A DNA stretch of 64,000 nucleotides from Myxococcales bacterium (GTDB taxonomy: Bacteria; Desulfobacterota; Binatia; HRBIN30): contig JBBILD010000020.1 in NCBI GenBank assembly GCA_037445065.1, positions 1-64,000 on the forward strand, written 5' to 3'. Positions 10,150-19,992 of this stretch are shown here, piece after piece. Below the pieces are notes generated by a model, which was given only the letters and a program-made list of their open reading frames with translations, was not told the origin of the DNA and made no database searches. Position 1 is the first letter of the stretch, and every line of letters begins with the position of its first letter. A program made the position numbers and the translations under genes.

Positions 10150-10515
10150 ATGGCCAAGACACTCGATCAAGAACGCGCCGAGTTCGCATGGGCGAAAACC
10201 GAGAAGGCCAATAAGGAATTCAAGAACCTAGTCAGCGGCGCCCCCTCGCTGGTGATGAATAACGGCCTCATGCAGGCGCTCGCCTTCTGGCAGGAGCGGC
10301 GAAAACAGACCCATCACGCGCTACTGGTGGATGCGTTAACGGAGTGGCTCGGAACGCGCGTCTTCCGCCTGGCAAAGAAAGAGGCTCAGTTCGCGCAGGT
10401 CATGAGTAGGCTGCAGCAGAGCGACGCGGACTCGTATTTCCAAGCTACCGAAGAGGCGCTCGCCATCCTCCGCTGGCTGCGCCAATTCGCCAAAGCCCGT
10501 GTGGGAGACAACTAA
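10150..10515 (+). CDS. cmr5: Type III-B small subunit Cmr5
   Basis: TLDQERAEFAW, PSLVMNNGLMQALAF, EALAILRWLRQFA. GGAGG RBS before the ATG at 10150. Confidence 0.95.
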   Translation: MAKTLDQERAEFAWAKTEKANKEFKNLVSGAPSLVMNNGLMQALAFWQERRKQTHHALLVDALTEWLGTRVFRLAKKEAQFAQVMSRLQQSDADSYFQATEEALAILRWLRQFAKARVGDN

Positions 10516-10516
10516 C

Positions 10517-11989
10517 ATGCCTGCCGCTGTTCCTGACTTTGTTGGCAGCGACTTCTCGTCCTCCCCACCTGGGCACCGCTATCGCCTCTACTACTCCGGC
10601 TGGTGGACGAAAGAGGTCGACGAGCGTAGGATCGAGGACCTAGAGAAGAGGATTCGCGGGCAAGCAGCAGGGTCACGCCAAGTGCGCAACTTACTGGCCC
10701 AAGTCCGAAAACTACGGGGCCATCTGCAGACGACAGGGGACTTCACGGAAAAGCACGACCAGGAAAACCTTTCCTGCCTGCGCGACATTGCAGAGTTGAG
10801 CCCTGGCTTTGAACGACAAGCGCAGGCCTTGCGAGAGCGGCAGAGCCGCCTCCTGGCGGGTCTGCCCGAAGCCTCGTACCTCTGCGTTGCCGCACTCACG
10901 ACCTCTCCGCTCGCCGTTGGTACCGGGGTCGAGCACCCGATCGAGAATGGGCTTTTGTTCTTCGACCCACACGGCCTGCCCTACGTCCCTGGAAGCACCC
11001 TCAAGGGAATGTTGCGCCGCGCGGCCGAGGAACTTGCACTGTTCGAAGCCAACGCGAACGGCTGGACTCTCGGCCTGGTGTGGTGGTTCCTCGGCCTCGA
11101 CCCCACCGCTTCGTATCTAGACCCTAAAGGGCAGGCCGAGTCCACCTGGTGCGAAGCTTACCGAGAGCATGTACAGCGCCACGTGGGGGCGCAACCATCT
11201 GTAACTTTCGCATGGATCGCTTCCCTTCCCGCAGTTCGGGAACGCATGGAGACTCTGCGATGCGATTTACGGGGCTTTTTGCTGGGACTCCAAGGAGCGA
11301 GCGAAGAGGCGCGGCGCAACCGCGACGCTCTCCGCGTGCAAGGCACATGGCAATGCTGGGACGCTTTCTTTTCTCCCCCGCGCATGCGGGTGGAAATCAC
11401 CAACGTCCACTTCAAGGACTATTACCAGCAAGGCAACGCGCCGCATGAGACGGGAAGCCCCACTCCGGTGTACTTTCTTGCCGTGGATGCAGGAGTGGAG
11501 GTGGCCTTCATCGTGCGCAACGCAGAGCGCCGTGGAGAACTCGGTGCTCCCCCCCATTCGGATTGGAAGGGGCTTGCGCAGAGCGCGCTCGAGCGGGTGT
11601 TTCTTCAGCTCGGCATCGGTGCCAAGTCGAGTGTCGGATACGGCCGCTTCGAGATGACCGGGGCGAATGTTACGGGAGTCGCCGGGCAGGGTGTCTCGGC
11701 GCACACAGCCGGCCCTGCGCCTTTAGCCCCGGACACCCGGGCCCAATCCGTCGAAGCGGGTGCAGTGTGGACGTGCACCGTCGTGTACAAGCCCAACACT
11801 CGCACCCTCGAGGTACAGCACGAGAACCAGAAAGCGTCCGCTTCCGAGCAAGAGACCAAGGCCCTTCTCGAATCCTGCCCGCAGGAAATCCGAGACGCTC
11901 TTCTCGTTCGACGCAAAGCACGCGCGCGTGTCAGGGTGGTTCGCCTGGGCAAGGGTTTTCGTATCGAGGCCTTGGAGCGAGCCTCATGA
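10517..11989 (+). CDS. cmr6: Type III-B RAMP Cmr6 with C-terminal extension
   Basis: MPAAVP start, GTGVEHPIENG, GLPYVPGSTLKG, NVHFKDYY, GIGAKSSVGYG. Confidence 0.95.
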   Translation: MPAAVPDFVGSDFSSSPPGHRYRLYYSGWWTKEVDERRIEDLEKRIRGQAAGSRQVRNLLAQVRKLRGHLQTTGDFTEKHDQENLSCLRDIAELSPGFERQAQALRERQSRLLAGLPEASYLCVAALTTSPLAVGTGVEHPIENGLLFFDPHGLPYVPGSTLKGMLRRAAEELALFEANANGWTLGLVWWFLGLDPTASYLDPKGQAESTWCEAYREHVQRHVGAQPSVTFAWIASLPAVRERMETLRCDLRGFLLGLQGASEEARRNRDALRVQGTWQCWDAFFSPPRMRVEITNVHFKDYYQQGNAPHETGSPTPVYFLAVDAGVEVAFIVRNAERRGELGAPPHSDWKGLAQSALERVFLQLGIGAKSSVGYGRFEMTGANVTGVAGQGVSAHTAGPAPLAPDTRAQSVEAGAVWTCTVVYKPNTRTLEVQHENQKASASEQETKALLESCPQEIRDALLVRRKARARVRVVRLGKGFRIEALERAS

Positions 11990-13017
11990 AGCTCCTCCGA
12001 TACAAACTCGAGGTAGACTTCATCACTCCTGCCTTCCTCGGCAACGCCGAGCAAGCGGCAGAATGGCGCACCCCGCCGTTCAAGGCGCTGCTGCGGCAGA
12101 TGTGGCGGCTCGCTACTGCCAGCGAGCTGGGCTTCGACCATCGCAAGCTGCGTGAGGCAGAAGGGGAACTGTTCGGCCGGGCAGACCGCGACGGGCGCCG
12201 CCGCAGCGAGGTCACCTTGACGCTGCAGCCCTGGCAGCCGGGCGAACTTACCGAATGGCCCCCGCAGCCTAAGGTCAACCACCCAGAGGTCCAGCGCAAC
12301 CCGCAGATCGGCGCTCACCTTTACCTGGCTTATGGGCCGCTCGGCCCGAAAGGTCTCAACAAAGGCCGGTCCGCGATCGCCCCCGGAGTCAAGGCGACAC
12401 TCACCCTTTGGGTCCCCGAGTCTCAACGGCATTCCATCGAGCGCGCCCTCCAGCTCATGCACTTACTCGGCACGGTCGGCGGGCGCAGCCGCAACGGTTG
12501 GGGCTCGGTGCAACTCTCTAGCAAGACTGGGCTCGTCATTCCTCAGCTCGGTACTCCGCAGGCAAAGCAAGTGCTCCAAGCCATTGCACGCCGATGGGAG
12601 GAGTGCCTCGATCTCGACTGGCCCCACGCCCTCGGCCGCGACGACCGGGGACTTCTGTGCTGGCGGACGCGCGGAACAACGGCGAACTGGCAAGATCGGA
12701 AGAGCCGACTGGCCGAAGTGAAAATCGCCTTGCGTACGCAGTTTGCGTTCCCCGAAGAGAGCGAGGGGCACCCAACGCCCCGCGAGCGACACGTGCTGGC
12801 GTATCCGGTCACCAACCACTCTGTTTCGAGCTGGCCGAGCGACTTCCGCATGCCGAACCAACTTCGCTTCAAGGCACTGCGCGAGGGCAACAACTTGCGT
12901 GGCCTGATTTTCCACACCCCGTGGGTGCCCAGAGGCAAAGGGTTAGAGTCGCTCGCTCCCCAGGTTTGGCCGCAGGTGCACAAAAAGCTCGATGCCCTCT
13001 GCGATCGTTGTCCCTAA
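11986..13017 (+). CDS. cmr1: Type III-B RAMP Cmr1
   Basis: ATGA overlap with cmr6, FITPAFLGNA, WRTPPFKALLRQMWR, EGELFG, GTVGGRSRNGWGS. Confidence 0.93.
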   Translation: MKLLRYKLEVDFITPAFLGNAEQAAEWRTPPFKALLRQMWRLATASELGFDHRKLREAEGELFGRADRDGRRRSEVTLTLQPWQPGELTEWPPQPKVNHPEVQRNPQIGAHLYLAYGPLGPKGLNKGRSAIAPGVKATLTLWVPESQRHSIERALQLMHLLGTVGGRSRNGWGSVQLSSKTGLVIPQLGTPQAKQVLQAIARRWEECLDLDWPHALGRDDRGLLCWRTRGTTANWQDRKSRLAEVKIALRTQFAFPEESEGHPTPRERHVLAYPVTNHSVSSWPSDFRMPNQLRFKALREGNNLRGLIFHTPWVPRGKGLESLAPQVWPQVHKKLDALCDRCP

Positions 13018-13028
13018 ACGAGCAGCGA

Positions 13029-14572
13029 ATGAGTCGCTTCCACGAGCTTTCCGAATCCGAACTCGCGGAACGGCACCGTGAAGCGGCGTACAGGCTCAAG
13101 CAAGCCATTGCGGCAAGGGAAGTGGCGGGACGCGAAGACCCACAACTGCGCGGCCTGTACCGGGGGAGGTGCTGCCACTGGAGGAAGAACGAGTTCGCCG
13201 CCAAGGGCTGGGGCGGGAAGCTGTGGACCTTCTGTTCGTCACGGTCGGGACGCAGGCGGACGCGCCTACACTTGCCCTGCTGGGCACCCCGGCACGCCGG
13301 GTTGTCACCCTGCACACCAGCGGTTCTGGCGAATGCTACGCACAACGGGCAGTACAACGGGCGGGCCTTGCACCGCTGGTGGCGATCCCACGAGAAATCG
13401 GTGATGGCAGGGATCCGCTCAGGCTGTACCGCACCGTGCGCGAGGAGTGGGAGCGCGCCGGGCGACCGGAACGGGTCGCGGTAGACCTCACCAGTGGGTT
13501 CAAGGCCATGAGCACAGCGGCGTAGCCGCGGCCAACGCTATTGGCGCCGAGGTACAGTACGTGGATGCGGACCAAGAGTCGGCCAAACCGTTTTGGGTCT
13601 ATGCGCGCGTGATCACCTTGCCAGACCCGTTTGTGGAACTCGGGGTCCGCGAGCGGCAACGCGGTCAGAGCCTTCTCAGCCATGGCGCATGGCAGGCGGC
13701 GTATAAAGTGCTCCACGACCTGTACCGGCGCACTCATGATCCAGAGGACCATTTTTTCGCGTGCGTCGTGCAAGGGTTACACCAGCTCGAGCGCCTTGCA
13801 TTTGCAGAAGCTGAGAAATGCCTGCGGCAAGCCTACGAGATTCTCAACTCGAAGTCCCTTGATGCTCAGCCGGTACGAGTTCTGGCAAACACGATCGTAG
13901 CTCTCATGGAAGGCGCAGGCCGCCTTGCACAAGTAACAAGGAATACAGAATTTGTGGAACCATCCGGCGGCGCGGCAAGAGCCCGCTCCCGACTGGACCT
14001 CAGCGATCATCGAATCCGCGATTTGATTGCATACCTCATTGCGGCGGCCCGGTGTCGACTCAATCGTGAGGAGCCAGACTTCGCGGTTCTGTTCGCGTAT
14101 CGTGCCACCGAGATGGTCTTACAGTGGCGCTTCGCAATTCGTACCGGGCAACTTCCCGACGCGGTTGATTGGCAGCAGCTCTTCGACCGCGCTGGAGTGA
14201 GCGGTCAGGAATTCACGAATCGTTACAACCAAGAAACGCAGCCGGCTCAACCACTGCGAGAGGACACTTTGCCTTCCAAATTACCTCGGGATCTCCTTTA
14301 TCGGCTGCTGCGAATCCTCTGGCCCGACGACGTGAGCCAAGCGGAGCCACGAGTGCAAAAAATTCGATGGCCTCGGCAACGCGCGCAACGCTAGCGTGTT
14401 AGCGCACGGCTTCGAGTGCATCGAAAAGAATCGCGCCGAGCTGCTGCTTCAACAGGCTGAGGCGTTTTTTGAACGCTTACTCGATCTCGAAGGGGTGCCG
14501 GCTTCTGAGCGTGATCAACTGCGCCAGCGTCATCGGTTCCCGGATTTCCACATCCTAAATACGGCAGGCTAG
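13029..14572 (+). pseudogene. CRISPR-associated CARF-HEPN protein (TIGR02710/Csm6-like), three frameshifts
   Basis: Four in-order fragments: MSRFHEL...GLYR / EVLPL...LFVTVGTQ...VDLTSGFKAMS (CARF) / GVAAANAIGAEVQYVD...AYRATEMVLQ / KFDGLGNARNASVLAHGF...NTAG* (HEPN R...H motif). Shifts near 13162-13166 (G5), ~13518 and 14357-14362 (A6). Confidence 0.85.
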
Positions 14573-14685
14573 CCGGTCACGTCCGTCTCCGGCTCCAATG
14601 AAGACCGGGCCACTCACCGCTGATGGCAAGCGCCTCTGCCACCCTGAAGCAGCCGGCTCTGCGAGAAAGCGGCCATCTGCGTAGG

Positions 14686-15024
14686 TTAGCGCACGTAAAT
14701 GGCGAGGTTGACAATCTTGCCATTCGAGTCCACCTCGAACACGTCCAGCACTTGAGTTGGCACGGTGGCAAAGGGGCTACTCCCGCTCAGTTCCGCCATG
14801 GCAATCGTGTCGGCAGCGATCAGGCGGCGGATCTCCACGGTGACTTCCGCCAGGAACACCAACCTTTCGTAAAACTCGCGAATCTCATGATGACCGCGAT
14901 ACGTGCCGGTCGGATGGTGCAGCGTCGCGTCCGGCGCGAACAACCCCATCAGCGCATCGCTATCCCGCCGATTGATCGCGTCCACGTAACGTTCTGCCGA
15001 CGTCCGAGCAGGCGATGCATCCAT
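14686..15024 (-). CDS. SnoaL/NTF2-like protein
   Basis: YVDAINRRD, LFAPDATL, GHHEI, FEVDSNGKI pattern. Lies just downstream of the P450. Confidence 0.88.
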   Translation of the reverse strand: MDASPARTSAERYVDAINRRDSDALMGLFAPDATLHHPTGTYRGHHEIREFYERLVFLAEVTVEIRRLIAADTIAMAELSGSSPFATVPTQVLDVFEVDSNGKIVNLAIYVR

Positions 15025-15033
15025 CGGAGTGCC

Positions 15034-16287
15034 TCAAGCGGGGCGCAGGGCCACGGGCATGTGGCGAAGCCCGGTGTGTTTATTGCTGCGGGTCCACTCG
15101 ACGGGGCCGACCAGTGCGATTTCCCTAAAGCGAACGACGAGTTCTTCGAGCATGATGCGCATTTCGGCCCGCGCGAGGTTGGCACCGAGGCAGAAATGAT
15201 TGCCGTGGCCGAAGGCGAGATGCGGGTTGGGGTTGCGGCGAATGTCAAAGTCGAACGGGCGCTCGAATACACTCTCGTCGCGATTCGCCGAAGCCCACCA
15301 CAGGGTCACCTTGTCACCAGCGCGGATCCGATGCCCACCCCACTCCACGTCGCGCGTCGCCGTGCGGCGGTTGTACGGAGTGGACGACGCCCAGCGCAAC
15401 ATTTCTTCGACGGCCAGCGGTACGAGCCCCTGCTCCGCACGCAGCGCGTGCCACTGATCGGGATGGCCGATCAGGGCCATCAGACCGATGGCGAGGGAAT
15501 TGCGCGTGGTCTCGCTGCCGGCGGCAATCAACAAGTTGAAGAACATTTGCAGTTCGAGCGTGGTGGGCGGTTCGAGCGAACCCTCGCTGTTCTCGACCTG
15601 GCCGTGGACGAAGGCAGAAAGCATGTCGTCGCCCGGGCAGCGGCGCTTCTCCTCGATCAGGCGGCTCCCGTACTCGAACATGGCGGCGTGCGCGGCGCGG
15701 GTCTTCTCGCTTTGCTGTCCGAGGTCGCGATCGTCGTAATCCAGCGTCGCGTTCGCCCACTGGAAGAGCTGGTGCCGGTCCTCCTGCGGCACACCCAGCA
15801 AGCGAGCAATGGCTTGCAACGGAAGCTCGGCTGCGACCTCGGTGACGAAATCGCACGCGCCCCGTGCTGCGACGGCGTCGAGGATCGCGCGTGTGCGCTG
15901 CCGCAGCTCTGCCTCCATCGCCCGCAGCGCGCGCGGCGAGACGCTCGGGGTCACCAACCGCCGCAGCCGCAGGTGGCGCGGGTCGTCCATCATGTTGAGC
16001 AGGACACCGGCAGCAAAGCCCGACGGCAGGTCTTCGAGGATGGTCCCGCCTCCGCCCCGCGCCCCTCCCGTATGCGACGAAAACAGGTCTGGATCGGAGG
16101 CAGCCCGCTCAATGTCAGCATACCGGCTCAGCACCCAGAATCCTTCCCCGTCCGGGGTGTGCTCCGTAGGCGGGTGGAACCATACCGGCGCATGCTTGCG
16201 CAGCAATGTGAAGACGTCGTGGGGGAACCCGTTCGCGAAGCGGTCGAGATCTGTAAGGTCTAAGGTGTCGAGCCAACCGGCTGGCAT
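15034..16287 (-). CDS. Cytochrome P450 (resembles CYP125/CYP142-type lipid or steroid oxidases)
   Basis: I-helix AGSETT, ExxR (EEMLR), heme motif FGHGNHFCLG. Alternative start at 16335. Confidence 0.95.
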   Translation of the reverse strand: MPAGWLDTLDLTDLDRFANGFPHDVFTLLRKHAPVWFHPPTEHTPDGEGFWVLSRYADIERAASDPDLFSSHTGGARGGGGTILEDLPSGFAAGVLLNMMDDPRHLRLRRLVTPSVSPRALRAMEAELRQRTRAILDAVAARGACDFVTEVAAELPLQAIARLLGVPQEDRHQLFQWANATLDYDDRDLGQQSEKTRAAHAAMFEYGSRLIEEKRRCPGDDMLSAFVHGQVENSEGSLEPPTTLELQMFFNLLIAAGSETTRNSLAIGLMALIGHPDQWHALRAEQGLVPLAVEEMLRWASSTPYNRRTATRDVEWGGHRIRAGDKVTLWWASANRDESVFERPFDFDIRRNPNPHLAFGHGNHFCLGANLARAEMRIMLEELVVRFREIALVGPVEWTRSNKHTGLRHMPVALRPA

Positions 16288-16974
16288 CGCCTCGCTCCCG
16301 AGATGAACCTTCAAGGGTTCTCCCGTACTCAGCATGGAATGTCAACCGAACGAAGGTGGGATAACTGGAGCTCATCAGCTTATGCGGCGTGACCTCCCGC
16401 GTGAAACAAATCCCACCAACAACTCCGCGAGAACTCTCTGTCCCTGCAACAACCCGCGAACCCGCGAACTTCGCGGGCCATGTTCTAGGCCGGGCAAGAT
16501 TTCTTCGCTCGTGCCGGCCGGCTTCTACTGTGCGAACGAGATCAGGCCGCGCTATCGAGGATCCGCTGTTCCCCTGTGTTGAATCGCCGAGCCAGCTAAG
16601 CGGCGTCACATCGCCATATAAAAAAATCTTGCACCAGCGACGAGCTTGGGGGGGATTCGCCGCGCCGGGCAGAGAGTCTCTTTGCTGCGCCGAGCCGCTT
16701 ACGCCACTGCACCAAGGGGTAGGCGTTCGCAGAATTGTAAGCAGGTCTGTATGGGCGCCGGCCACAGGCAACATGCCGAACGCAAAGAAGAGAAAATTCC
16801 GCCGAACCCTCGTCGGGCAGGACCTTTTTGCCATGCCAGGTGAGAGGCAGATACGGACGTTGTCAAAAGAGGAACTCCGTCTAGCCGCGGTCTCCTCCGC
16901 TTAGGCGTCCTGGCATTCGGGCACCCCGTTCAACCCGTCGCAGGCGGCCATTGCACGCTCCGAGCGCGAAGCCG

Positions 16975-17065
16975 CTAGCCGGGCGGACTTTGGGCCTGCC
17001 CGTGTCTATGTGCGGAGCCCGAATGCCCAAATTGCCACACAGCGACCACAAGGGTTGCACGTACA
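16975..17065. repeat. Degenerate REPIN-like element B
   Basis: gggcggactttgggcctgccc...cgaatgcccaaattgc...gcgaccacaagggttgcacgtac. The 16-mer cgaatgcccaaattgc is also present near 54008. Confidence 0.6.
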
Positions 17066-17428
17066 AATCTCGGTGGCGGCGCTGTGCCCGTCATGCTCGG
17101 TGTTCCACCCGGAGGCCCTGCGATCCCCTCGGCGGCTCACAGGCCATCGCACGACAATGCAGGGCGCGCCGGGGGTCGCTTCGGCCGGGCGACCCACCGG
17201 GTCCCTGGAACGTAGTCCTGTCACGCCGCTCCCGTTCGCTGCTCGCAAGCTCGGCGGCGTGAAGCACGGTAACGGCTCAGCTTTCCGTTTGCCTGGCTTT
17301 TGCTCAGCGCAAACCGCTTTCTTAGCAGGGTTCCGACCTCTTCCTGCTCGTATCCCCGCAGCGCGGAAACAATGGGGTCGTTGTGGAACGCTTCTCGGGG
17401 CCGTCGTCCTGGGGTCGGCCCCGACCCA

Positions 17429-18079
17429 CTACCGCGGCGCCCTGTTTCTCCTGCGGGATCGGGCCACAAGACCGAGAACCCAGAGGATCGTACTCAGGGT
17501 CATGAGTCCGCCTGTGCTTGCCACCGGTACTGGCGAGGCGAACTGTTGCAAGCTCACTCCATCAATCCAGCCACCAACCGTGTCACTGACACCCGCATCG
17601 CTGAAGCGTAACTCGGTGGTCGAGGAGGAAGCTCGCACGAAGAACACAAACTCCTGCCAATCCGTGTCCTCGAGACCAACGCCGCTGGCATCCAACTGGG
17701 TCAGCAATTGGCTATCCCACACGACGTCAATTCGGTTGTCCAAAACACCCGGTCGCGGAGAGTACGCGAAACGAAGGACGTAAAGGCCATTGGGCTGCGT
17801 GGGCACGTTCTGACATATGGCGCTCGAAGCCGTGGAGTCCAACTCGACAAACTGCCGGCCGTCGTATTGAGTGAAGCCCGTAGTGGCATTCACCTCGATC
17901 GAGGGTCCCGCACAGACGGTCCAGCCCGGAATCGAGGGGAGCTGCGCAAACGTGTTCGTGGCAACGATCGGGGCTTCAAAGCTCCCATTGGCGACCAGTT
18001 CCTGCGCCTGGATATCCGGCACCCCAGCACAAACGCAGAAAAAAAGGAGCCCCAAAAGGTTTCGCGGCGCCCGTTTCAT
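17429..18079 (-). CDS. Secreted DUF642-like protein with C-terminal IPTL-CTERM-like sorting signal
   Basis: Signal peptide, ELVANGSFE, FVELDS, IDGVSL. C-terminal PVPVASTGGL, then TM helix, then RSRRRNR. Confidence 0.8.
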   Translation of the reverse strand: MKRAPRNLLGLLFFCVCAGVPDIQAQELVANGSFEAPIVATNTFAQLPSIPGWTVCAGPSIEVNATTGFTQYDGRQFVELDSTASSAICQNVPTQPNGLYVLRFAYSPRPGVLDNRIDVVWDSQLLTQLDASGVGLEDTDWQEFVFFVRASSSTTELRFSDAGVSDTVGGWIDGVSLQQFASPVPVASTGGLMTLSTILWVLGLVARSRRRNRAPR

Positions 18080-18457
18080 GCGCGGCCCGTTACCGGATCT
18101 TCCTCAGAAAGTCGAGCGAAACCGTACTGTTGTTCCCCTGCACCCAGAGTGCAGACCACACCGGGTCTGAGCGCAGTCCGCAAGCGCCCTGCAAGATCAA
18201 CCGCACCGAACCGACGCTTCCTTCGGGCGCCTGGCCCAACCTCAGTCGGCTGCGCGGGACTTTTGCGGAGCACTGGGACCTTTTCTCCGTTTGCGCTCAG
18301 GTCCGCAAAACCGACGCTTCCGGAAACATGCCCCCACGCCATCGGTAGATGCACTCCCGGCCGATGGCAAGGCGCGCTGGCCGACGTTGCGCCATGTGCG
18401 GAGTCGGTCTCCTCCCGCGGCTGAAAGCCGCCGGCCAGTTGCTGCGCAGCGCCCGCA

Positions 18458-19972
18458 TCACCGCGCCTCTTCGCCCCCATAGCCAAGCATGCGCATCCGC
18501 TCGGCTTCCTCTGGAGAAAGGCTGCGCCGTTCCGCTCGTGGGGAGCAGCGGCGTGCCAACCCATCGAGCTTGGCGCGCATTTGGTCCGCCACTTGCTCGG
18601 CTCGTCGAACCAGGTTGCGCCGCTCCTGCGGGTCGAAGGCGAGGCGGAACAATTCCTCTCGCATCACCCCTTGCTGCGCCAGAACCGTCCCGCCTTCGCT
18701 CTGCTGACGCGCTTCGTTTTCCCGGGCAGCAGCAGCGGGTCGTTCGTGCGGCTCGAGCCATCGGGTCGCGGCAATGTACTTCCAGCCCTGGAAGAGCACG
18801 CTGCGCGCTACGTTCCGCTCACCGATCCAGAGTTCGGCGAAGACTGGCCGTTCGGGCACGTCTGCGACCCACGGCGAAGGAAAGCGCGGCTGCCGCAGCA
18901 GGGGAACGCCGTCGAAGGTCGCCGGGAGGCGAACGCCCAAAAGGTGAAGGAGCGTCGGCGCCACATCTACCGCACTCACCCAGCCCGCGTAGCGACCAGC
19001 CGCAACCAGCCCTGGCCGCCAGAAAATCAGCGGCACGTGCAGCACTTCCTGATACAGAGTCCAAGCGTGTTCGACAAAGCCGTGTTCGAGAAACTCCTCC
19101 CCATGATCGGCCGTCACCACCACGAGCGTGTGTGCCAAGTCTCCGCCCTTTTCGAGGCCCTTCAGCAAGAGCGCGATCGCCTCGTCGGTGTGCGCAATCT
19201 CGGCATCGTAGCGCCGCACCATTTCGAGGAAGCGGGCGTCCCGCGGCCCGAAGCCGTCCCGCACCAACTCCGGCAAGCGCGGCCGCACGTCGCGGTAGAG
19301 GTCCGGCACACTCGCCGAGACCGGCTCGCCGAATCGCGCCAGCACCTCGGGCGGAGGGTCGTAAGGGCCGTGTGGATCTAGGAAGTGCAAGTAAAAAAAC
19401 CGTTTCTTATTGCCGCGCCCTTGCCCCCATAACTCGACTGCCCGCTCTGCCAACCGCGGACCTGCACGACTCAGGCCCCACTGATCGGTCAGATGCTCCA
19501 CTCGCTCGAAGCCGCGCGCAAAGCTCGGATGGCCGAGCATCGTGGTCAGCGTCAGCATCACCGTAAAGTAACCAGCTCGGCGAAGGCTCTCGGCGAGCGA
19601 GGGCGACTCGGCCCCCGGGTGCGCGTCCCACCCAACCGTGCCCGCGCAGCTCGGGTAGCGCCCGGTAAAGAGGGCGGAGACCGACTCCCGCGTGTACGAC
19701 GACGCCGCGAGCGCTTGGGAAAACAGCGCACCTTCTCGTGCCAGACGGTCGATCGCGGGCGAAGTGTTGCGAACGTAACCGTATGCGCCCAGGTGGTCTG
19801 CGCGTAACGTGTCAATGTTGATCAACACGACATCGCAGCAGCGCTGCATGCCGTCCCGCTGCCGGCAACCGGCACCGAGAAAGGAGACTGCAAGCCCCAT
19901 CCCCAAGAGCCATGCGGCGCGGCGCAGCCCCTGCCGCACAACACCCTGCCGCGCCGGTACGCTGCTGCTCAC
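18458..19972 (-). CDS. Sulfatase-like (alkaline phosphatase superfamily) lipoprotein
   Basis: GTG at 19972 with AGGAGG, lipobox LGAGC, IDTLRADHL, DPHGPY, TADHGEEFLEHG, C-terminal RMLGY. Confidence 0.88.
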   Translation of the reverse strand: MSSSVPARQGVVRQGLRRAAWLLGMGLAVSFLGAGCRQRDGMQRCCDVVLINIDTLRADHLGAYGYVRNTSPAIDRLAREGALFSQALAASSYTRESVSALFTGRYPSCAGTVGWDAHPGAESPSLAESLRRAGYFTVMLTLTTMLGHPSFARGFERVEHLTDQWGLSRAGPRLAERAVELWGQGRGNKKRFFYLHFLDPHGPYDPPPEVLARFGEPVSASVPDLYRDVRPRLPELVRDGFGPRDARFLEMVRRYDAEIAHTDEAIALLLKGLEKGGDLAHTLVVVTADHGEEFLEHGFVEHAWTLYQEVLHVPLIFWRPGLVAAGRYAGWVSAVDVAPTLLHLLGVRLPATFDGVPLLRQPRFPSPWVADVPERPVFAELWIGERNVARSVLFQGWKYIAATRWLEPHERPAAAARENEARQQSEGGTVLAQQGVMREELFRLAFDPQERRNLVRRAEQVADQMRAKLDGLARRCSPRAERRSLSPEEAERMRMLGYGGEEAR

Positions 19973-19992
19973 GCCGCACCTCCTCGCACCCG

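Noticed and set aside
11563..11985. 141-aa N-terminal extension of Cmr1 in the ORF track
   Set aside because: It overlaps cmr6 in another frame. The ATGA-coupled start at 11986 fits the family.
14623..16263. 546-aa plus-strand ORF
   Set aside because: Antisense shadow of the P450 and SnoaL genes.
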